A stretch of 57,843 nt of DNA from an uncultured Fibrobacteraceae bacterium (GTDB taxonomy: Bacteria > Krumholzibacteriota > Krumholzibacteriia > LZORAL124-64-63), in NCBI GenBank assembly GCA_964414055.1, contig CAYPVD010000002.1:1-57843 (forward strand). The letters run 5' to 3'. Below the pieces are notes generated by a model. The model did not search any database and was not told where the DNA came from. It worked only from the letters and a program-made list of their open reading frames with translations. Both the position numbers and the translations under genes were made by a program. The first letter of the stretch is position 1. Every line of letters starts with the position of its first letter. Positions 1-8,585 of the stretch are shown here, in pieces.

Positions 1-4
1 TCAG

Positions 5-877
5 TTAAAGACTAAAAATTATCGTAAAATTGCCCGTCAGCTCCAGGTCGATGATCCCGGCGGTCTCCTGGACCAGGTGGGCGACGGCACGGGCGAGTTC
101 TCGTCGCCGGTCGCCTTCGAGAGGGAGGTCCTGGGGATCGGGGACCGGTTCGTGGTCCCCGCTTTCGCCGTAGCCGAGGGTGTGCACGAACCGCCTGGCC
201 AAGGACAGGTTCAGAGCCAGGGGAGAGGAAGATGCCGTGGCGGGGTCCAGGCCGTCGGCCACTGCGGCGGCGATGTCCTGCGGGACCTGCCAGCGCACCA
301 GCAGCTTGGCGGCCAGGTGGCCGTGATGGAAGCCCAGTTCCCGGTTTTCGGCCGCGGCCAGGGTCAGCTTTTCGTCGGTGGCCAGGGCCAGGGCCCTCGT
401 CATGGCCGCCGGGGCCTGCCGGGCCAGAAGGGGTATGCCGATTCCGTGCAGCAAGCCGGTCAACCAGGCATCCTCGAGGTCCAGCGCCGGGTCTTCGGAT
501 GCCAGGCATTTGCAGGCACCGGCGGTGGCCAGGGTGAAGCGCCAGAACGCGACCGCGTCGATGCCTCCCCATTGCCCTGTTACCGGGACCAGATCATGCA
601 TTCCCATCAACAGGGCGACATCCCGGGTCCTGCGCAGACCCAGGCGTACCACGGCCTCCTTGACGCTGCGGACCGGGCAGCGTGGCGAGGAGGCGGCGCA
701 GTTGGCCAGCGCCAGGAACCTCAGGGTCATGGCGGGGTCCAGTTCGATCACCCGGGCCAGGGCATCCAGCCCGCAGTCGGGCCGGGAACTCAGGGCCACG
801 ATGCGGGCGGCGACCGAAGGCAGGCTGCCCACGTTCTCGACGAGGTCGGTGAGGGTATGATCGATGACGGTGCTCAT
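5..877 (-). CDS. HDOD domain signalling protein
   Basis: 290-aa ORF. HDOD-like pattern: VGSLPSVAARIVAL, LARVIELDPAMTLRFLALANC, VKEAVVRLGL, GLLHGIG, GFHHGHLAAKLL. Confidence 0.7.
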   Translation of the reverse strand: MSTVIDHTLTDLVENVGSLPSVAARIVALSSRPDCGLDALARVIELDPAMTLRFLALANCAASSPRCPVRSVKEAVVRLGLRRTRDVALLMGMHDLVPVTGQWGGIDAVAFWRFTLATAGACKCLASEDPALDLEDAWLTGLLHGIGIPLLARQAPAAMTRALALATDEKLTLAAAENRELGFHHGHLAAKLLVRWQVPQDIAAAVADGLDPATASSSPLALNLSLARRFVHTLGYGESGDHEPVPDPQDLPLEGDRRRELARAVAHLVQETAGIIDLELTGNFTIIFSL

Positions 878-914
878 GACCTGTCTATCGGTCGAACCCG
901 GCCGCGGTAAACGC

Positions 915-2726
915 TTATTTGACCAGGGAAAGCTTGCCGGTCGCCGTCAGGGAGCCACGGCTTTCAAGGGCGTAGAAGTAGGTGCCGGCGGCGGCCGGCC
1001 GACCGCTTTCACCCTGTCCCCGCCACAGGAGGGAGTTTGTGCCGGTGTGACCTGCCACCACGGGACCCGCCCAGATCCTGCGGCCCCGGGCGTCCAGGAT
1101 GATCAGCCTCACCGGTGCGTCCCCGGCCAGTTCGAAGCTGATGACGGTCCGGGGGTTGAAGGGATTGGGATCGGCCCTGTGATGGAGGATCAAGGAGGTG
1201 CCCCGGACCGGGAGATCGACAGGGGGAACGGCGGACAGTTCGTAGTTCGACTCGATGATCTCGTCGACGTTGATGTGGCCGAATTCGCCGCTCTCGTGAT
1301 CGACGATGCGGATGAAGCACTCGGTGCCCCGGTAGGGTCTCAGGTCCCAGGTGCGCGGGGTCATGAGATCCTGGTCGAGGCCGGTTTCCCGGTACAGGAC
1401 GGTGGAATCGGCCACGGTCAGCAAGGCCACATAGCACGTGGTCGGGTAATGACCTCCGCCCACCAGCAGTTTCATCATGTCACCGGTGATGACGAACGGC
1501 CTGCTGTCCATGCTGCCCTGGGCGGCATCCCCCAGGGACAATCCCGGGGCGCCCTTTCCTGAAAGAGGACCCTGGTAGTATTCCTGGCTGCTGAAATACC
1601 CGTTGCCCACCATCCCCACCGAGGGCTCCCCGCGCCACAGGGGATTGTCGCCGAAGGTGGGGTTGGCGTTGACCGAGAGCCCCGTGTGAAAGGCCCAATC
1701 CTCATCCAGGGGGTGGGGCTGGTAGATGGCTGGAGCGGAGCCGTCGGGGGCCGTCAGCAGGGTGTCCAGGCGGACGACGTAGGTGAGGCTGTCCGAGTCC
1801 GGCAGATGGAACGGCGTGATGCGCGAGTAGATCCAGTGGCCGGGGGAGAACTCGTTCAACTCCGGCGCGTAGGCGCCGTCTTCCAGGAAGGTACGATGGT
1901 CCATGGTCCAGGCGGAGGGATCGGTGTCGGATATGATGCTGACGCCTCCGGTATCGAACTCGCCGAACAGCAAATGATGGTATTCGCCGATCACACGGTA
2001 CTGGGAGCTCTCCAGCACACGCCAGGGATCGGGGCCGTCGTTGAGGAACATGGGTCCCACGTCGCTCCACGTGAGCAGATCGGACGAAACGGCGTGGTAC
2101 AGGATGCCCGTGCCGGTGCTGTAGTACTTCTTGGCCGTCACCAGGATGTGCCACGTGTCGTCATCCTGCCAGAGGAAGGGGTCGCGGAAGTTGCTCCATA
2201 TGTTCTGCGTGCTCCACATGTAGGCGGTGGAGTCCGGTTCCAGCACCGGGTTGTCCTGCTCCTTGGTCCATGTGAAGAGGTCCGGGGAATAGGCCAGGGC
2301 GATGCGCTGATTCATGCGGGAGTCGCAGGCGGTGTAGGCCATGACCCAGCGCTGTCCGGCTTGATCGAGAAAGACATCGGGAGCCCATACGGCGCCCGTT
2401 TCCCACTCATCCGTGCTGACGGTCAGCACGGGGCCCTGGATGGTCCAGTGTTTCAGGTCGCCGGTTGTGGCGTGCCAGATCGTGTCGCCGCACGAGGCGT
2501 AAGGCGTGGCGTCGGGGATGGCGTGGTAATAGATGTGAAAGAGGGAATCCTGCTCGACGAGGCTGAAATCCCAGACCTGGTGGCCGGGATGGACGAAGAA
2601 TTCCTGCTCGAAGTCGATGCGGACCATGGCTCCGGTTCCGCCCGAAACAAGGACGCAGACCGCCGTGACGAGCCCCAAGACCAACCGGCGCATCCTGCGA
2701 ATCGATGGGTTGCATGCAGAGTTCAC
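915..2726 (-). CDS. secreted glycoside hydrolase (GH32/GH43-type five-bladed propeller) with C-terminal FlgD-Ig/T9SS-like sorting domain
   Basis: 603-aa ORF with N-terminal signal-like helix (LVLGLVTAVCVLVSG). Propeller motifs WHATTGDLKHW, GAVWAPDV, and the GH32-like RDP motif (SNFRDPFLW). Beta-sandwich region ending GHINVDEI. C-terminal NPFNP...ILDARGRRIW...GTYFY domain. Confidence 0.65.
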   Translation of the reverse strand: MNSACNPSIRRMRRLVLGLVTAVCVLVSGGTGAMVRIDFEQEFFVHPGHQVWDFSLVEQDSLFHIYYHAIPDATPYASCGDTIWHATTGDLKHWTIQGPVLTVSTDEWETGAVWAPDVFLDQAGQRWVMAYTACDSRMNQRIALAYSPDLFTWTKEQDNPVLEPDSTAYMWSTQNIWSNFRDPFLWQDDDTWHILVTAKKYYSTGTGILYHAVSSDLLTWSDVGPMFLNDGPDPWRVLESSQYRVIGEYHHLLFGEFDTGGVSIISDTDPSAWTMDHRTFLEDGAYAPELNEFSPGHWIYSRITPFHLPDSDSLTYVVRLDTLLTAPDGSAPAIYQPHPLDEDWAFHTGLSVNANPTFGDNPLWRGEPSVGMVGNGYFSSQEYYQGPLSGKGAPGLSLGDAAQGSMDSRPFVITGDMMKLLVGGGHYPTTCYVALLTVADSTVLYRETGLDQDLMTPRTWDLRPYRGTECFIRIVDHESGEFGHINVDEIIESNYELSAVPPVDLPVRGTSLILHHRADPNPFNPRTVISFELAGDAPVRLIILDARGRRIWAGPVVAGHTGTNSLLWRGQGESGRPAAAGTYFYALESRGSLTATGKLSLVK

Positions 2727-2770
2727 CTGAGAGGATCTCCCGGGAAGCGGTTTGCCTCGGCAGTTGATGT

Positions 2771-2783
2771 ATGATTATATCAT
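2771..2783. repeat. AT-rich inverted repeat ATGAT-TAT-ATCAT in the divergent intergenic region
   Basis: Read directly. Perfect 5-bp arms, embedded in the only AT-rich stretch (ttgatgtatgattatatcat) between the divergent GH gene and the TPR gene. Function not established. Confidence 0.4.
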
Positions 2784-2828
2784 GGGGTGTCTTAGGCCGT
2801 CAACGGAACACGCTCGTGGAGGAGGGGG

Positions 2829-3926
2829 ATGCCCGCCATGCCGAAACTCTCTCCCGGCAACAGGTTGGGATGCTGGGTGTTGTGCGCCATGATCCTGGGT
2901 GTCTCATCGGCCGGAGCCGGGCCGGATCCCCGGATCTCCGGCCGGCTGGCCGCTGTGGACAGCCTGCTGGCGGTCCCCGACGCCGCGGCCGCGGCCGCGG
3001 GGGCCAGGGACCTGTGGGACCGGTTCGGGGATGATCCCGTTTACGGGGGGCAGATAGCCGGCAGATTGGGCCTGGCGCTGGTCAGGGTCGGCAAGGCCCT
3101 AGAGGGGATGCCTTTCCTGGAGGCCGCCGTCCGTGACCGGCCCCAGGATGCGGAACTTCACCGGAACCTGGCTTATGCCCTGCAGGCCCTCGGGCGCAGG
3201 GGGCGGGCCCTGGCCGAGTACGAAACGGCGGCCCGGCTCGCTCCCGCCGACCACAGGATGCGCCTGGAGTACGGGCAGGCCCTGCTGGCCTACAGGGATT
3301 ATTCCCGAGCGGAAAAGGAACTGATCCTGGCCTGGCGGCTGTGCGACGGTTGTCTTGACGCGGAGCAGGCCCTGGCGAACCTCTACCTCCAGAAGGGGGA
3401 TGCGAAACGGGCCGCCGACCACCTGGCCCGGATCTGGGAAGCCGATCCTTCGGCCAGGGTGAGGTTGCTGTATGCCTCCGCCCTGGCCCGGTCCCATCAC
3501 CGGGAGCGGGCTTATGCCCTGCTGGATTCGGTGCCCCGGTCCTCGTTGCAGCCGGATGAGTGGCGCCTCCTGGTCCAGATGGAGAAGGACGATCCCGGTC
3601 TGGGGGTCCGCTGGTCCTTGCGTGCCGTCCATGGTCTGGAGGAAGGCGGCCGGCGGGTCATTCCTTCGCGACTATTGGCCGAGAGCGGTTTCTGGGCCGT
3701 GGCCGGTTCCAACCTGCAGGCCGCCGGAGAGCTCGTCCGGGCCTTGGCGGCCCTGGACCAGGCTCTTGCCCTGGAGCCCGATAATGTCGTTTACATGCGC
3801 AACCGGGTTGTTATCCTGCAGGACCTCGGGCGCGCGGATGAAGCGCGCCGGGAGTGGGAAAAGGTCCTGCGCCTTGATCCTGAACAGAAACCCCGAGAAG
3901 GACCCTCGCATGATCCAAGTCCGTAA
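2829..3926 (+). CDS. TPR repeat protein with signal peptide
   Basis: 365-aa ORF preceded by GGAGGAGGGGG. Signal-like CWVLCAMILGVSSAGAG. Repeated TPR-like A..LG....A...Y..AL.L.P units (e.g. ELHRNLAYALQALGRRGRALAEYETAARLAP, ALDQALALEPDN). Confidence 0.75.
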   Translation: MPAMPKLSPGNRLGCWVLCAMILGVSSAGAGPDPRISGRLAAVDSLLAVPDAAAAAAGARDLWDRFGDDPVYGGQIAGRLGLALVRVGKALEGMPFLEAAVRDRPQDAELHRNLAYALQALGRRGRALAEYETAARLAPADHRMRLEYGQALLAYRDYSRAEKELILAWRLCDGCLDAEQALANLYLQKGDAKRAADHLARIWEADPSARVRLLYASALARSHHRERAYALLDSVPRSSLQPDEWRLLVQMEKDDPGLGVRWSLRAVHGLEEGGRRVIPSRLLAESGFWAVAGSNLQAAGELVRALAALDQALALEPDNVVYMRNRVVILQDLGRADEARREWEKVLRLDPEQKPREGPSHDPSP

Positions 3927-4851
3927 GGTGCGGTTCCGGGGCCGGATGCTCCTGGTCTGCCTGTCGTTTCTTCCGGCCGTGTCCCTGGCCCCGGGGTGTG
4001 CTTCCGGGCCTGGCGCGGGCAGTCCGGCCACAGGCACGGCTGCCGTCGGCCCCGGTTCGGCAACCGGGCAGGGCACGCTGCACGAGGTGCCGGTACCGCC
4101 GGGCAAGTGGCGGGAACACAGGCTTGCACGGTGCCGGCCGGATACGGCCGTGCCCTACCGGGTGGAAAAGTATCTGGGTACCTGCTCCGAGCTCTTCCGC
4201 GACCGTTCCGGTTCCGACGGCATGATCGAGCTGGAGATGGCCCTGGAGGCGGGAGTGAAGCATCCCCTGATCCTGCTCACCCTGGGGCAGCTCTACCTGA
4301 TGGCCGGCCAGGGCGAACCCGGATTGATGCCCAACGAGGGCCCGGCAGCGGACGTGGGAGACTGGCCGCGCAACCAGCGGCGTCTGCTCGGCAGGGCGCG
4401 CCTGCTGCTGGAAGAGGCGGGCCGGGGGCGGCCCGATGATGCGGCCGTGGACTACCTGCTGGCCGATGTGGACCGGGCCGAAGGGGATTTCGAGGGCGCG
4501 GCCGAACTTGTGGCGCGGGGCATGACCAAGTGCACGGGCGGGCGCAGCTTCCGTATCATGCGGCAGTATCAGGATCTGCACCACTATCCGGCCAAGTATC
4601 TGGGTGGGGTTCAACCCGAGTTTCCCCAGGAGGCCCTTGCCGAGGGTCTGAGCGGGGATGTCGTTCTCGACCTGCTGCTGGATCCGGCCGCACGCGTCCG
4701 TCAGGCCGTGGTCGTCTCCTCTCCCGGAACCCCGTTGACGGCAGCGGCGCAGGCCGCTCTCGAGGCAGGGGATTTCACGCCGGCCAAGGTGGGAAAATAT
4801 CCCGTGTGGGCATGGTTGCGGGTGACCATTTCCTTTAATTTGACTTCGTGA
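3910..4851 (+). CDS. TonB C-terminal domain protein with signal/lipoprotein-like N-terminus
   Basis: Track ORF 3472..4851 trimmed to ATG 3910 (MIQVRKVRFRGRMLLVCLSFLPAVSLAPGCAS), because its upstream part overlaps the TPR gene. C-terminus PEFPQEALAEGLSGDVVLDLLLD...FTPAKVGKYPVWAWLRVTISF resembles TonB_C. Confidence 0.6.
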   Translation: MIQVRKVRFRGRMLLVCLSFLPAVSLAPGCASGPGAGSPATGTAAVGPGSATGQGTLHEVPVPPGKWREHRLARCRPDTAVPYRVEKYLGTCSELFRDRSGSDGMIELEMALEAGVKHPLILLTLGQLYLMAGQGEPGLMPNEGPAADVGDWPRNQRRLLGRARLLLEEAGRGRPDDAAVDYLLADVDRAEGDFEGAAELVARGMTKCTGGRSFRIMRQYQDLHHYPAKYLGGVQPEFPQEALAEGLSGDVVLDLLLDPAARVRQAVVVSSPGTPLTAAAQAALEAGDFTPAKVGKYPVWAWLRVTISFNLTS

Positions 4852-4897
4852 ATGATGAACAGGACCGATCCCCAGGGATCCGCGAAGCAAACGGTGG

Positions 4898-4927
4898 TTG
4901 ATTTGCAGGGATGCCTTGCCTTATTTT
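4898..4927 (+). promoter_or_regulatory. candidate sigma70-type promoter (TTGATT-N18-TATTTT)
   Basis: Hexamers read directly in the AT-richer spacer upstream of the PD40 lipoprotein gene. No experimental support. Confidence 0.3.
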
Positions 4928-4967
4928 CACAGATCAGGCCAGGCAGCTGGTGTCGGCCTGTATCGTT

Positions 4968-6383
4968 ATGAATCCCATCCCCGCCCCGGAGGTTCAGTTG
5001 AACATGAAGTGGCAGCGCACCCGCTTCCTCGTGCTTTCTTACCTGGTGGCTCTTTCCATCCTGGTCATCGTCGGTTGTTCGAGCAAGGAGGACCCCTCAG
5101 AAGTCCTGGACGTGTGCGGCAACCATTCCTGCGGGGATCTGGTCATGGTTACCACCGATACCTCCAGCGACGGCTACCAGTACCTGGATCCGACTCTTTC
5201 CCCGGACGGAAGCCGCATCCTGTTCACGGCCGACTGGTGGGCCATGCCGACCACGCGTGATCCGGGCGATGCCCGTTACGTCGACTATCGTCAGATGGTG
5301 CTCATTCCCGTACGCCAGGGTGTCGAGCCGGCCCTGAGTCTCGAGGACGAGGGGGCGACCCTGATCAGGCTGAAGGAGTTCGGACTGCATATCGGAGGGG
5401 GTACGGAGACCCTCGTGGACATCGTCAACGACCGCAAGGCGGATCCCATCTGGCAGAGCGACAGCACCGTGATCTTCTCCTACGCCACGAGCTTCGGGTA
5501 CAGGCTGTTCCAGGCCGACATCTCCAACCCCGATGAGGCCCCCGTCACTCCCCTGTACATGGAGCCCTCGGATGCCAGCAATTCCGTGTTCTTTTGGCAG
5601 CACCAGGATCCCGCTCTCTCTCCCGACGGGCGCTGGCTCGTGTTCACCCGCTCGGGGTGCGCCATTCCCGATTCCTTCGAAACCTGCACGGGCATGGCCC
5701 TGTATTGCCTGGATATGGCCACGGCCGGAGGCCCCAACCAGGGCTACGACGGAGTCATCTTCCCCCTGACCAACGAGTATTCCCGCCTCCTGACGCCTTC
5801 CTGGTCCCCCGACGGCAGCAAGATCGTCTTTTCCGGCAACAAGGACGTCGGTGGCAGCTTCGGGACCGGCACCGAACTGTTCACGATCGATTTCGATACC
5901 ACCGGATACGCCGCCGGGAATGTCGCCCTGGACAGGAACCTGGAAAGGTTGACCTTCACCACGTACTCCCCGGGCGATCCCATCACCGGCGTGTTCAACG
6001 ATTCGCCCGTGTACTCCAAAGACGGCGGCACCATCTACTTCGTCTCGACACGGCGTGCGCCTTCGATAACCCTCCATGACCGGAACATCTGGGAAATTCC
6101 CGCCGATGGATCGCAGGAACCGGAGATCTATTTCTTCTCCCGATCCGACGACTGGGAGCCTTCGATCATGCCGGACGGTTCACTGCTCTTCAGCAGCATG
6201 ATGGGTTTCCCCACCTCGATGCTGGATCGTCTGGAAGAAGAGGCCTACCAGCGGTTCAAGCAGGAGAACATCGACCTGGGCCTGGGATTGACGGAGGTGC
6301 AGCTGCGTTCCAAGGCCGCCGATGAAAGGGACCTGCTGAGCTTCTTCGAGGGTGTCATGTCGCAGATCTACATCTTCCGGTAG
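4968..6383 (+). CDS. PD40/TolB-like beta-propeller repeat lipoprotein
   Basis: Start ATG 4968, or ATG 5004 (MKWQRTRFLVLSYLVALSILVIVGCSS, lipobox IVGC). Repeated PD40 motifs: LSPDGSRILFTAD, LSPDGRWLVFTRS, WSPDGSKIVFSG, YSKDGGTIYFVS, IMPDGSLLFSS. Confidence 0.75.
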   Translation: MNPIPAPEVQLNMKWQRTRFLVLSYLVALSILVIVGCSSKEDPSEVLDVCGNHSCGDLVMVTTDTSSDGYQYLDPTLSPDGSRILFTADWWAMPTTRDPGDARYVDYRQMVLIPVRQGVEPALSLEDEGATLIRLKEFGLHIGGGTETLVDIVNDRKADPIWQSDSTVIFSYATSFGYRLFQADISNPDEAPVTPLYMEPSDASNSVFFWQHQDPALSPDGRWLVFTRSGCAIPDSFETCTGMALYCLDMATAGGPNQGYDGVIFPLTNEYSRLLTPSWSPDGSKIVFSGNKDVGGSFGTGTELFTIDFDTTGYAAGNVALDRNLERLTFTTYSPGDPITGVFNDSPVYSKDGGTIYFVSTRRAPSITLHDRNIWEIPADGSQEPEIYFFSRSDDWEPSIMPDGSLLFSSMMGFPTSMLDRLEEEAYQRFKQENIDLGLGLTEVQLRSKAADERDLLSFFEGVMSQIYIFR

Positions 6384-6390
6384 CGGATCC

Positions 6391-7023
6391 GTGGCTGATC
6401 TGGTGCTGCTGCGCAGGCAACTCGTCGCTTTCGGACGCAGGATGCGGGAGCAGGGCATGATCGTGGCCGCCGAAGGGAACCTCTCGGTTCGCTGCGGCGG
6501 CCACTGCTTTCTGGTGACGCCCGGCGGGGTGTCCAAGGGAGAGCTGCGGGTGCAGGATCTGGTGGAGGTGGACCTGCAGGGCCGGTCGGCGGGAGGGCGT
6601 CCGACCAGCGAATGGCCCATGCATGGATTCATCTACAGGGAACGTCCGGATGTGCGGGCCGTCTGCCACGCCCACCCGCCCTGGGCGACGGCCGTGTCGG
6701 TGGCCGGGCGCAGCCTGGACGGAAGCATCCTGACGGAGACGGCCGACCCGCTGCCGTCGGTGCCGCTTGCCGTGCGCTCGATGCCCGGAACGGAGGAGGT
6801 CCCCGCCGCCATCGCACCCTTGTTACAGGACCATGACGCGATCCTGCTGGGCGGCCACGGAGTCGTGACGGTAGGGTCGGATCTGTCCTCGGCTTTCATG
6901 CTGATGGAGACGGTGGAAAGATTGGCCCAGGTGACGCTGCTCGCGGAACTGGCCGCCGGCCGGAGCACGCTGTCGACGGAGGAGTTGATCGAACTCTGCC
7001 GGCAGGGTCGCCGAGGGGGCTGA
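6391..7023 (+). CDS. class II aldolase/adducin family protein (fuculose-1-P aldolase / MTRu-1-P dehydratase-like)
   Basis: GTG 6391 follows the upstream TAG stop. Motifs AAEGNLSVR, FLVTPGGVSKGEL, PTSEWPMHGFIY, AVCHAHPPWATA, GHGVVTVG. Confidence 0.75.
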   Translation: MADLVLLRRQLVAFGRRMREQGMIVAAEGNLSVRCGGHCFLVTPGGVSKGELRVQDLVEVDLQGRSAGGRPTSEWPMHGFIYRERPDVRAVCHAHPPWATAVSVAGRSLDGSILTETADPLPSVPLAVRSMPGTEEVPAAIAPLLQDHDAILLGGHGVVTVGSDLSSAFMLMETVERLAQVTLLAELAAGRSTLSTEELIELCRQGRRGG

Positions 7024-7121
7024 ATCGGTGCCCAGGATGATTCCACGGTCGGATCCGTGTCGCTGTCTAGACAACCGGGGCTCGGTCTGATAACTTTGCC
7101 GCGTGAATCATAGTCGTCTTC

Positions 7122-7150
7122 GGGTCGCGCCCCGCGGCCTTTTCTTTGTT
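7122..7150 (+). terminator. rho-independent terminator after the aldolase gene
   Basis: GGTCGC/GCGGCC stem (one G-U pair) with 5-nt loop, followed by TTTTCTTTGTT. Read directly. Confidence 0.55.
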
Positions 7151-7175
7151 GAGCGACAACGCGGGTAACAGCTGC

Positions 7176-8585
7176 ATGAATGATGTCCAGCAACGGCTAA
7201 GGGAACTGCCCCAGATCAGCACTCTGCTCGACGACGACTCGGTGCGCGATCTGGCCCGGGGGCGCAGGCAGGGCTGGGTGACGCGTGTCGTTCAGGATAC
7301 CGTGGACGAGCTGCGCCGCCGGCTGCAGGCCGAGGACGGTCCCGTCAGGAAGCGAAGCGAATTGACGGAGACGGCTCTGGACATGATCAGGACACGCTGC
7401 AGGCTCCTGCTGGCCCCTTCCTGGACCAGGGTGATCAACGGCACCGGGGTGGTGGTCCATACCAACCTGGGACGGTCCAACCTGTCCCCCGAGGCCGCCG
7501 CGGTCGCCGCGGAGGTCGCCGCCCGCAACAGCGATCTGGAGTACGACCTGGACAAGGGCGTACGCGGCCACAGGGGCAGGCGGGTCGAAGGAAAAGCTGC
7601 GCTGTTGGCTGGCGCCGAGGATGCCCTGGTGGTCAACAACAACGCCGCCGCGGTCTGGTTGTCGGTACGGTACCTGGGTTCCGGCGGCCCGGTGCTGTTG
7701 TCGCGGGGCGAGGTTGTGGCCATCGGCGGCTCGTTCCGCATGAACGAGATCATTGCCGAGACCGGGTCTCCCCTGGTGGAAGTTGGCACGACCAACCGCA
7801 CCTCGCTTGCCGATTATGAACGGGCCATGACTCCGGGGGCGACGGTCCTCAAGGTCCACCGCAGCAATTTCACGGTGGAGGGTTTCACCGAGGATGTGAC
7901 CCTGGCCGATCTCGCCCGCCTCTGCCGGGAAAAAGGCGCTTATCTGGTGTACGACGCCGGCAGCGGTGCCCTGTTCCCTTTCGCGGAATTGGGACTGCCT
8001 GAGGGCGAAAAGCAGTTGGACGAGGATGTGGCCGCGGGACCGGACCTCGTCACCTGTAGCGGAGACAAGCTGCTGGGGGCCTGCCAGGCGGGGATCATCT
8101 TCGGTTCGCGGGAACTGATCGCCGGTCTGAGGGACCATCCCATGCGCAGGGCCTTGCGGGTCGATAAGATCACCCTGGCCGTTCTGGACAGTGTCCTGAC
8201 CACATACCTGGAGGCCGAGGGATTGCCCGCGATCCCGACTCTCGCCCTGCTGGCCCAGGGTGAGGACGAACTCCAGCGGCGTGCGGAGCGGCTGCTGGCC
8301 GAGCTGGCTCCCCTGGCGCCGTCATCCTGGTCGGGACAGGTCGTACCTGGGCGATCCAGCGTGGGCGGGGGATCGTTCTCCACCACCAGCGTTCCCTCGC
8401 GCCTGGTGCTGTGGCAGGGACCCAAGGACCGGCTGGAGGCCTGCCATGCACTTCTGCGCCGGGGAAAGCCGGCCCTGGTGGGCCGCATGAACCAGGATGG
8501 CCTTGCCGTGGATGTGCGGACGATACTTCCGGACGAGGAGCCCCTGGTGATCGAAGCCTTCCGGCGGGCCTGGGAGAAGTCATGA
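7176..8585 (+). CDS. selA: L-seryl-tRNA(Sec) selenium transferase
   Basis: Start ATG 7176 (MNDVQQRLRELPQISTLLDD). SelA-like blocks VINGTGVVVHTNLGRS, EYDLDKGVRGHRG, VNNNAAAV, GGSFRMNE, TNRTS, KVHRSNF, SGDKLLGACQAG. Confidence 0.85.
   Translation: MNDVQQRLRELPQISTLLDDDSVRDLARGRRQGWVTRVVQDTVDELRRRLQAEDGPVRKRSELTETALDMIRTRCRLLLAPSWTRVINGTGVVVHTNLGRSNLSPEAAAVAAEVAARNSDLEYDLDKGVRGHRGRRVEGKAALLAGAEDALVVNNNAAAVWLSVRYLGSGGPVLLSRGEVVAIGGSFRMNEIIAETGSPLVEVGTTNRTSLADYERAMTPGATVLKVHRSNFTVEGFTEDVTLADLARLCREKGAYLVYDAGSGALFPFAELGLPEGEKQLDEDVAAGPDLVTCSGDKLLGACQAGIIFGSRELIAGLRDHPMRRALRVDKITLAVLDSVLTTYLEAEGLPAIPTLALLAQGEDELQRRAERLLAELAPLAPSSWSGQVVPGRSSVGGGSFSTTSVPSRLVLWQGPKDRLEACHALLRRGKPALVGRMNQDGLAVDVRTILPDEEPLVIEAFRRAWEKS

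Noticed and set aside
3472-3909. N-terminal extension of track ORF 3472..4851
   Set aside because: It overlaps the well-supported TPR gene in another frame and translates to Pro/Trp/Arg-rich junk. A signal-peptide-bearing start exists at ATG 3910.
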